A stretch of DNA of 43,434 bases from Tepidisphaeraceae bacterium. Lineage in GTDB: Bacteria; Planctomycetota; Phycisphaerae; Tepidisphaerales; Tepidisphaeraceae. Numbering within the stretch: the first letter of the stretch is position 1; each line of letters begins with the position of its first letter. Positions 16,353-23,839 of the stretch are shown here, one piece after another. Below the pieces are notes generated by a model. That model made no database searches. It was not told where the DNA came from and was given only the letters and a program-made list of their open reading frames with translations. The translations under genes were made by a program, and so were the position numbers. The stretch covers positions 1 to 43,434 of the forward strand of contig JBGPEF010000001.1 of the NCBI GenBank assembly GCA_041482675.1, written 5' to 3'.

Positions 16353-16673
16353 GCTCCCTCTCTCTTGCAGGCTTCGATTATGTGCGCTGGAGAAGAATGC
16401 TCTCCGAACCACCTTTTGGTTGCATTCTCTCCGTAGTTCCACTTTGGGTCGCCAGTGGAGTTACAGAACAGCCTTGACAATTGGTTATTTTGATGCGGCG
16501 CACTCGGCCGGTCAAGATAAATCGGTTGTGAGGGATATGCGTTTGTTGGGGGCGATTTTTCAGCATAACTCATGCAGGGCATGTCGGTTATGGAAGATGG
16601 AGATGCCGGCGAGGGAGGGGCGGCGTCCGATAATTTCTCGCTTGGTGCGGTCAACAGTCGGTCTACAGATTGC

Positions 16674-18692
16674 CTATTTTGATTCGAGCTGCCAAATTCC
16701 ATCCCAGTTGGAACCGGGGGGAGCGGCCTGAAAATGCTGGCAGCGCGCGGCCAGGATGGAGGCGGGGCCGTCTGTGGGAAACGCGACTGCCAGGGCGCGG
16801 AAGGCAGCGGTGGCGGCGGGCCAGTTGCGATTTTCATAATGCGTCAGTGCTTCGATGTAGCGCTGGCGAAGGTCGAGCAGCGTGGGAGACGCTGTTGCGG
16901 ATTCGGACATCACTTCGAAGAGTTCGACGGGTTCGCCTCTGCCGATGACGCGGACGGTGTCAATTTTGCGGAAGAGAATTGAATCATTGGCGGCCTGGGC
17001 GGTGGCGGCGGTGGCGAGGATATGGGTTTTGTAGATCTTGTTCGCGCCTTCGAGGCGAGAGGCGAGGTTGGCGATGTCGCCGATGACGGTGTAGTCCTGC
17101 TTGGCGGCAGAGCCGATGATGCCGGCGAGGACTTCGCCGGTGGCGATGCCGATGCGCACGCGCAGGGGAGGGACGTTGAGGCGTTGCGCGGCATCGGCCA
17201 TCTGGTTGGTGCGATTCACCAGCGCCAGAGCGGCGCGGCAGGCGAGGGGGGCATGATCTTCCGAGAAGGGAGGGCCCCAGAAGGCGACGACGGCGTCGGC
17301 GATGAATTTATCGACGATGCCGCCGAATTCGCCGACGGTGTCAGCAGCGCGGCCGAGGTATTCATTGAGGAGGGCGACCAGATCCTCGGGCTGGAGGCGC
17401 TCGGACATGGGGGCGAAGTTTTCCAGGTCGCTCATGAGGACAGACTGCACGCGGCGGGAGAGTTGGAGGCGCTTGGGATCGGTCAGGAAATCTTCCACCA
17501 GGCGAGGGCTGACAAATTTGCCGAAGGTGTCTTTGATGAGGTCGCGCTGTTTGAGGCCGGCGGCCATGGCGTTGAAGCTGTGGGCGAGCTGGCCGATTTC
17601 ATCGCGTCGTTTGACCTGGAGAGGCTGATCAAAATTGCCGGCGGCGATGCGCTGGGTGCCGGCGACGACCTGCTCGATGGGGCCGGCGATGAGGCGGGCG
17701 AGGATTCGCGCGACGACCACGGCGATGATGATGATGCCAACGGTGAAGAGGGCGATGTTGCGCTGAAGGCGGCGAAGGCCGGCGAGCTGCTGGTCGAGGG
17801 AATTCACGACGGCGAGGATTCCCTGAACTCCCTGGCTTGGGTTGAAGATCACGGATTCGCCCACGAAGCGCTCGCCGTTGGAGGTGAATTCGATTTCTTC
17901 CCTTCGATCATTGCGCTGATTGTTGCCGCTGGCAGTCACGATGGCCGCAGCGCGATCGGGGATCACGGCGCTTGTATTGCCTGAGGAGGTAGCGCGGGCG
18001 ACGATGTTGCCATCAACCAGGAACCAGGCGCTGATCACGGTCAGGGATTCTTCGCGGCGCGAGGCATCCTCGCGGACAAGGTTGAGGAGTTTGCTGAGCC
18101 ACTGGTCATCGACGCGGTAGCCGACGAAATAGGCGTGGGTGGGATCTTCGTTGAGGTGCATGCGGATGGGCACGCCCATTGCAATGTAGAGGGAGTTGTT
18201 GATCCAGACGTATTTGCGAGTTGGATTCGGGCTCAAGACATCATCCTGCGGCCAGGATTGCGACGCGAGCGCCTTGGCAAGATTGGGATTTCCCTGCGCT
18301 GCTGCGACACGGAGTTCTCCCCGCCCATTGAGCAAGACGTGAAACGCCGGGCTGATGCCACCGTGGGTCAGTTCCTGCTGTATGGTCCGTCCGAAAATCT
18401 CATCCGCGAACTGCCTCCTGGCAAATCGTACGTCCTCGGTGCTGCCGGTCTCCAGTTGATCGAGCTGCGCCAGCACAGTCGATTCTTCCATCACCAGATT
18501 CACCAGCCGCGCGTCGCGCTGATGCCGTTCTTCGACGGATTCGAAATATCCGGAGACGGCCCATTTGATGGTGTGGCGGGCGCGATCGACCTCGCGGGCG
18601 GTGACGTCGCGGCTGACGAGCCAGATAACCGATCCGGACAGACCCACCGTCGCCGCCAATGTCAGCAGGAGGATCTTGGTGCCCAGGCGCAT
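16674..18692 (-). CDS. Membrane-bound class III adenylate/guanylate cyclase with a large periplasmic sensor domain, HAMP and a C-terminal helical (TPR-like) tail
   Basis: TM1: KILLLTLAATVGLSGSVIWLV. A periplasmic region of about 290 aa follows. TM2: IALFTVGIIIIAVVVARILARLI. HAMP: IAAGNFDQPLQVKRRDEIGQLAHSFNAM. Cyclase core: VQSVLMSDLENFAPMSE...GGIVDKFIADAVVAFWG...VRIGIATGEVLAGIIGS..KQDYTVIGDIANLASRLEG. Confidence 0.9.
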   Translation of the reverse strand: MRLGTKILLLTLAATVGLSGSVIWLVSRDVTAREVDRARHTIKWAVSGYFESVEERHQRDARLVNLVMEESTVLAQLDQLETGSTEDVRFARRQFADEIFGRTIQQELTHGGISPAFHVLLNGRGELRVAAAQGNPNLAKALASQSWPQDDVLSPNPTRKYVWINNSLYIAMGVPIRMHLNEDPTHAYFVGYRVDDQWLSKLLNLVREDASRREESLTVISAWFLVDGNIVARATSSGNTSAVIPDRAAAIVTASGNNQRNDRREEIEFTSNGERFVGESVIFNPSQGVQGILAVVNSLDQQLAGLRRLQRNIALFTVGIIIIAVVVARILARLIAGPIEQVVAGTQRIAAGNFDQPLQVKRRDEIGQLAHSFNAMAAGLKQRDLIKDTFGKFVSPRLVEDFLTDPKRLQLSRRVQSVLMSDLENFAPMSERLQPEDLVALLNEYLGRAADTVGEFGGIVDKFIADAVVAFWGPPFSEDHAPLACRAALALVNRTNQMADAAQRLNVPPLRVRIGIATGEVLAGIIGSAAKQDYTVIGDIANLASRLEGANKIYKTHILATAATAQAANDSILFRKIDTVRVIGRGEPVELFEVMSESATASPTLLDLRQRYIEALTHYENRNWPAATAAFRALAVAFPTDGPASILAARCQHFQAAPPGSNWDGIWQLESK

Positions 18693-18701
18693 TTGAATTG
18701 T

Positions 18702-19448
18702 TCAGGGAACTTTCGGGAGGGCGTTGACGCCGACGATCACGGTCGCCTTGGTGGATTTGTTGGGAGCCAGCGTGAGAGATGCCGTCGAGCCGGGCAGTCG
18801 ATAGTGCCAGGATTTGAGGCGGTATTCGCCGGGGGCGAGATCGTTGAAGGTGATGGTGGAGTTGCAGTGGGCGACTTTGTAGAGCGGTGATGGGGTGACG
18901 AAAAGGCGATCGATGGGGCGGTCGAGGGAATCGCTGACCACGCTTTGCGCGCCGGGGCGTTTGAGCAGATATGCGCCCGATTTGCCGCCGCCGATGGTGC
19001 CGATGTCGGCGATGGAGCCATCGTCGAAGCGGAGGTAAAACGTGTCGGTGTTGGTGGAGCGGTTGAGGATGATGAGCTTGTCGCCGATGGTGCCGACACG
19101 CGGGGATGAATCATCAAACTGCTTGGGGTTGGGCGAGGCGAGGGGCAGGTTTTGCGGCGTGGCGGCGGGGGCGGTGCCGGTGACGGGCTCGAGCCAGATG
19201 ATGATGCCGTAGAGGCCGGCGTAGTCGAGGGGGGCGTATTGCCCGGCGGGGTTGGCGGTGGTGGTGAGCTGATCGCCCGGGCCGCCGGCGTAGGATGCGG
19301 CCGCGTTTTCGGGGTGATAGCCCTTTTTCGGCTCAGCGCGCACGGCGATTTCTACGGCGGATTTGCCAGGGGGGATTTTGACGCCGGAGGCGCAGCCGAG
19401 TGTGAGGCTGAGGATCGCGGTTGTGAGAAAAAGTAGAAGACTCTTCAT
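18702..19448 (-). CDS. Lipoprotein of unknown function; its C-terminal beta-sandwich resembles that of the upstream gene
   Basis: Lipobox: MKSLLLFLTTAILSLTLGCASG. The C-terminal ITFNDLAPGEYRLKSWHYRLPG...ATVIV parallels FSISAPPGDYILKTWQRTPRY...AIVRL in 19445..20056. The stop lies 10 nt before the cyclase start. Confidence 0.75.
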   Translation of the reverse strand: MKSLLLFLTTAILSLTLGCASGVKIPPGKSAVEIAVRAEPKKGYHPENAAASYAGGPGDQLTTTANPAGQYAPLDYAGLYGIIIWLEPVTGTAPAATPQNLPLASPNPKQFDDSSPRVGTIGDKLIILNRSTNTDTFYLRFDDGSIADIGTIGGGKSGAYLLKRPGAQSVVSDSLDRPIDRLFVTPSPLYKVAHCNSTITFNDLAPGEYRLKSWHYRLPGSTASLTLAPNKSTKATVIVGVNALPKVP

Positions 19449-20056
19449 TTGCGGCTCATTTGCAGACGAACGATAGCGGTTTTGCCTTCGTTGACGGTGA
19501 TGGGCTGGGATTGCTCGCTGTAGCGAGGGGTGCGCTGCCAGGTTTTGAGGATGTAATCACCGGGCGGCGCGCTGATGGAAAAAGCACCTTCGGGGGAGAC
19601 GGTGGTGAAGAAGGGTGTGGGACAGACGTAAATCACGCCGTCCATGTAGCGGTGGATGGAGCAGAAAAGGCGGACGAGGCCGGGTTTTTCGAAGACGACG
19701 CTTTTTTTGATGGGCGGACGCCAGAGGCCCAGATCGAATTGCTTGGGAGGGGACTGGGAGAAGACGTTGTGCTCGATGGGGCGATTTTCATCGTTGAGGA
19801 AGTCGACGCGCTGGCCGACGGAGATGATCAGGAGGGAGGGGTTGAATTTTGCGCCCTGCTGGGACATGAGAGCGGGCTCGGTGGGGGAGGGGAACTGGAC
19901 GGAGGGGTCGGCGGGCTCGAGATAGACGATCATGGCGGGGATGGGTTTGCCGGGCTCGCCTTTGACGGTCCCGCTGACGGCGGGGCGGGTGGTTTGGGAA
20001 TATGCGGCGGTTGATGCGAAGAGGAGAAGGAGAAGGGGCGAGAGTCTATTGAGCAT
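19445..20056 (-). CDS. Secreted cupredoxin-like (plastocyanin/azurin-type ligand pattern) protein
   Basis: Signal peptide: MLNRLSPLLLLLFASTAAYSQ. Candidate type-1 Cu ligand pattern: VDFLNDENRPIEHNVFS (His) and LFCSIHRYMDGVIYV (Cys-x2-His-x2-Met). Its stop overlaps the next start (ATGA, 19445..19448). Confidence 0.7.
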   Translation of the reverse strand: MLNRLSPLLLLLFASTAAYSQTTRPAVSGTVKGEPGKPIPAMIVYLEPADPSVQFPSPTEPALMSQQGAKFNPSLLIISVGQRVDFLNDENRPIEHNVFSQSPPKQFDLGLWRPPIKKSVVFEKPGLVRLFCSIHRYMDGVIYVCPTPFFTTVSPEGAFSISAPPGDYILKTWQRTPRYSEQSQPITVNEGKTAIVRLQMSRK

Positions 20057-20088
20057 GGGTTAGTAATTTAGCGGATGCCCCGAGGAAG

Positions 20089-23000
20089 TCACGGGCGGGA
20101 GCGGCGCGCGACAGCCAGAGATGCGGCGGCAAGCGCGAGAATCATTGCTGAAGGCTCGGGAATGGCGGTGGTGTGGAGAGTGGAGAGGAGGGCGCTTTGG
20201 TTGGAGAAGGCGCGGTCGATGAGGAAGAAATCGTCGGCGTTGATCGTCCCATCGAGGTTGATGTCGCCGGATTGGTAGGTGGTGGAGTGGGTGGCAAAGC
20301 CGCTGTCCATCAAGGCGTAGTCATCTGCGTCGATGTCCAGGTCGAGATCGAGATCGCCGGTGAGGGTGTAGCGGATGAGGATGCTATTCGTGTCCACGGA
20401 TTGGCCGGCGAAGGTGGTGAAAATCGGCTGATTTTGGCCGTCGTTGTTGAGGATGATGCCGAGGGTGGTCAGGTGCTGGGTGTTGGCGGCGGCGGCGCTG
20501 CTGTTGAGTCCCCGGCCGGTCCATGAGCCGCCTGCGCGGGCGCGGCGGATCAGTTGGGTGATGGAATCGAGAGTGGATTGGGCGTCGATGGCGGTGGGGC
20601 GGACGATCATGTCGGAAGTGCCGAGGTCGAGGTTGCCGGTGAGGTCGATGGCGAGGGATTTGGTGTCGAGGAGGTCGCCGGTGACTGTGGCGTTGGCGCC
20701 GTTGATGGTAAGGCGGGAGAGGTGTTGCGATTGGGTGAAGTTGGCGGTGCCAGCGCCGGAGATGGTGATGCCGAGATTGGCAGATGAGGAGGAGCCGGCG
20801 TCGGTGTTGAAATTGATGATGCCGCCGCTAATGGAGAGGGATGCGGCGGGGCCGTGGGATTGGGGGCCGTTAATGTTGAGTGTGCCGGCGCTGGTTTTGC
20901 TCAGGGACGAGCCGGCGGAATTGTCGAGCAGGGCGGTGACGGTGCGGGTGTTGCCGGTGGCGGGATTGATGAGGAGGTTGTTGTAGGATTGTTTTGTGGC
21001 CGCGCTGGCAGCGACAGCGGTGTATCGGGGGCCAAGCAGCAGCAGATCGCTCTCCTGCACTCGGCCGTCGGCGTCGAGGTCGGCGGCGGGATTGAATTGG
21101 GTGTTGTTGCTGTTGAAGACGGTGGAGAACTGGGTCACGTCATCGGGGGCGTACACGCCGTTGAAATTCAAATCGCCCAGGCCAGCGCCGATGGTTGTCG
21201 CGGTGAAGAAGCCGGGGAAGCGCTGGACGTTGGAGTTGCCGGTCATTTCATAGGTGACGACGGTGGCGACGTGGTTGCCGCTGGTGAGGTTGGAGGCATC
21301 TTTGGTCCAGAGGTCGCGGTCGAGGCGATTGGCCTGGCTGGCTGCGCCGACCATGGCGAGGACCTGGGCATCGGTGAGGGAGGCGGGGAGGTCGAAGAAG
21401 ACGTGGATGTTGTTGGCCGTGAGATCGCTGGAACTGACCTGGAGGCGGCGGTTTTGTTCGAGGCCGGGGGTGATGGCGTTGAAGCTGTCGATGGCGGAGA
21501 TGGGTTTGAGGCGATCGACGTAAATGGATTTTTTGAAATCGGCGAAGATGGCCGGGCCGCTGTTGCGATGGCGGAAGGCGCGGACGGTGAGGTAGTGCAT
21601 GCCTTCGGAGAGATTGGCGGCGTTGATGTCCTGGCGATAGGTGCCGAGGCCGTTGGGGTTGGAGAAGCCCGTGGTTTTTTGGGTGAGGAAGTTTTCAAAT
21701 CCATAGGAAGTGGAGGTGGGGTTTGTGAAATCGGCCTGGCCGTTGCTGTTGGCATCGAAGCCGTCGTCGATGCGCAGCACGGCGTTGTCGCCGTCTGCGT
21801 CGTGGTCGCGGAAGCCATCGGAAAGCGTGACGGCGTTGGTGTTGAGCTGGACCTGGAATGAATTGCCGGTGATGACGTCGATGCTGGCGAGGCGGGCGGT
21901 GCCGTTGGTGGCGGCGGTGGGGGTTTCGCCGGCGATGGTGGTGGCGACGTTGGTGAGGGAGAGCGTGCCTTTGGGCGTGGATGGGCCGTAGATCACGTAG
22001 CCGCGATCGTGCTCCACGCCGTTGGCGTTTTTGTTGCGGGGGATGCGCATGGTGATCTGCTTGCTGGCATTGACCACGAGGGTATCGGGGATTTCGTTGA
22101 ACGGATCGACGGTCGGGGCGGTGGCATTGCCCGTCAGCTCCACAAGATGGGTGCCCGCATCAAAGCCCGTATTGATCGGTCCTCGTTCATCAAATCCTCC
22201 ATCGAGGCGGCTGTTGAGGCCGACGATCGCGGAATTGTTACGCTCGTAAACGTAAATATTGGAGAAGCCGTTGGGGTTGAAGGCGTCGTCCATCCAGCGT
22301 TCCTGATAATTCCCGCGGCCGTAGGAGTTGCGGATGTTGACCAGCGTGGTGATGGCATTTCCGTAGAATCCACCCAGCGCATCGCCGCGGCCGTCTTTGG
22401 GGAAGTCGCGATTGGTGCCGAACTCGTGGGCGTTGTGATAGACGACGACGTTGCCGGGCCGCATGAGGATGAATGCGTGGGCGACGTTGGAGAGATAGGC
22501 CCCGCCATCGTCGTGGCTGAGGGCAAATTCAACGCCCTGGGTGCCGTTGTTGGAGAGGGGGGCGCTGGCGATGTTGTGCCAGTTATTAACGGTTCCGTTG
22601 TTGGTGAGATTGCCGTTGAGGGCGAAAAACAGGGGGAAATCGAGCACATCGCGATTGCCGCCGACGACTCCGGGCTGGGCGGGATCGATGTCTTTGCGGA
22701 TCAGCGACTGCAAGAGGGATTTGTCGCCGGTGTAGGCTTCGAGGAAAGAAAAGACCTGCCGCTGGGAGCCGTCGAGATTGTTGCGGAAGGAGGAGCGATA
22801 GACAGCGCGGTCGAGATAGTTGAGGGCGAACGGGTAGACGTGCTTGGCCGCATCGACGCGGAAACCATCGACGCCGACGTTTTGCACCATCCACTGGGCG
22901 TAACGCATCAGGTAGCCCATGGCGTTTTCTTCGACCGGATCGCCGGCCATGGGGGTGGCATTGTTGAAGGGATAGATCTGGAGGTTGCTCTCGCCGGTTT

Positions 23001-23691
23001 TGGGATCGAAGACGCTGATGGGCGTGAGACTGCGATCGGGGTAGAAGCGGCGATTGTTCTCGTCGGGGATATCCGCGACGGTGCCGGCGGGGATGTTGTT
23101 GGCAAACCCCGGCACTGGACTGCGGATGTACTGATTGTTGGTGCGCTGGTCGATGTCGATCAGGCCGGCGAGACGGAATTGATACTCGTAGTCGGGGCCC
23201 TGCGGCGGGAAGGCGGTGTGATAGTCGCCATCGACGGGTCCGCCAGGAATGGTCGTGACGAAGCCGGGATAGTCGCCCTGGGCCACGAATCCAGGCGTTC
23301 CGGAATTGCGAAATCCGCTGTGGTTGATGATGTAGTCGATGTAAACGCTGCCGCCGGTGCGCTGGAGGGATTTGACGGTGGCTTTGAGGCCGCGCTCGGT
23401 GCCATATAGGGTGGGATTGCCAGGTTTGCCAAGATCGAAGCGGTCGTAGACGTCGTAGCCGACGGAAAAGTTGCCGGAATCGGCCCGGCCGGGCGGGGGG
23501 AGGTAGGCAGCGCCATAACCGGCGAGGAAGAGGTCGGGGGTGCGCTTTTCGATGGTGTTGTAGGTGGCTTCGAACCACTGGAGGATGGCGGGGGCCGAGA
23601 CATCATCAGCGCGGGCCGGGACGGAAACCGCCAAGGCCGCCAAAAGCAGGCAAAGCGTTGCGATTGGGCTGAAATGACGACGCGTAGCCAC
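20089..23691 (-). CDS. GH13 alpha-amylase-family glycoside hydrolase, large multidomain surface protein with dockerin-like repeats and a PEP-CTERM anchor
   Basis: Signal peptide: MATRRHFSPIATLCLLLAALAVSVPARA. GH13 regions: I DYIINHSG; II GFRVDAAKHV; III FSFLEAYTGD; IV FALSHDDG. Downstream: beta-strand repeats (GTLNINGPQ, ISGGIINFN, ISGAGTANF). Ca-binding dockerin-like repeats: DLDADGRVQESDLLLL, DLDLDIDADDYALMD, GDINLDGTINADDFFLIDRA. C-terminus: IPEPSAMILALAAASLAVARRSRP. Confidence 0.9.
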   Translation of the reverse strand: MATRRHFSPIATLCLLLAALAVSVPARADDVSAPAILQWFEATYNTIEKRTPDLFLAGYGAAYLPPPGRADSGNFSVGYDVYDRFDLGKPGNPTLYGTERGLKATVKSLQRTGGSVYIDYIINHSGFRNSGTPGFVAQGDYPGFVTTIPGGPVDGDYHTAFPPQGPDYEYQFRLAGLIDIDQRTNNQYIRSPVPGFANNIPAGTVADIPDENNRRFYPDRSLTPISVFDPKTGESNLQIYPFNNATPMAGDPVEENAMGYLMRYAQWMVQNVGVDGFRVDAAKHVYPFALNYLDRAVYRSSFRNNLDGSQRQVFSFLEAYTGDKSLLQSLIRKDIDPAQPGVVGGNRDVLDFPLFFALNGNLTNNGTVNNWHNIASAPLSNNGTQGVEFALSHDDGGAYLSNVAHAFILMRPGNVVVYHNAHEFGTNRDFPKDGRGDALGGFYGNAITTLVNIRNSYGRGNYQERWMDDAFNPNGFSNIYVYERNNSAIVGLNSRLDGGFDERGPINTGFDAGTHLVELTGNATAPTVDPFNEIPDTLVVNASKQITMRIPRNKNANGVEHDRGYVIYGPSTPKGTLSLTNVATTIAGETPTAATNGTARLASIDVITGNSFQVQLNTNAVTLSDGFRDHDADGDNAVLRIDDGFDANSNGQADFTNPTSTSYGFENFLTQKTTGFSNPNGLGTYRQDINAANLSEGMHYLTVRAFRHRNSGPAIFADFKKSIYVDRLKPISAIDSFNAITPGLEQNRRLQVSSSDLTANNIHVFFDLPASLTDAQVLAMVGAASQANRLDRDLWTKDASNLTSGNHVATVVTYEMTGNSNVQRFPGFFTATTIGAGLGDLNFNGVYAPDDVTQFSTVFNSNNTQFNPAADLDADGRVQESDLLLLGPRYTAVAASAATKQSYNNLLINPATGNTRTVTALLDNSAGSSLSKTSAGTLNINGPQSHGPAASLSISGGIINFNTDAGSSSSANLGITISGAGTANFTQSQHLSRLTINGANATVTGDLLDTKSLAIDLTGNLDLGTSDMIVRPTAIDAQSTLDSITQLIRRARAGGSWTGRGLNSSAAAANTQHLTTLGIILNNDGQNQPIFTTFAGQSVDTNSILIRYTLTGDLDLDLDIDADDYALMDSGFATHSTTYQSGDINLDGTINADDFFLIDRAFSNQSALLSTLHTTAIPEPSAMILALAAASLAVARRSRP

Positions 23692-23839
23692 TCTCTACCC
23701 TCTGGGCTGAAACCCGGCACACTATACCGCAAAGAAAGAGCGGCGGCGGAGTTTTTGCGATCAGGGAAAATAGGATGTTAGGAACATCGGGTGGCCGGAG
23801 GTTTCCAATATGTTTAAGCTGCCACAACAAGGAGTGCGC

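Noticed and set aside
16471-16480. A candidate third copy of the leader hairpin upstream of PEP-CTERM paralog 3
   Set aside because: Only the loop-like core GCCTTGACAA is present, about 119 nt upstream of the start. The flanking sequences are not complementary, so no hairpin can be claimed.
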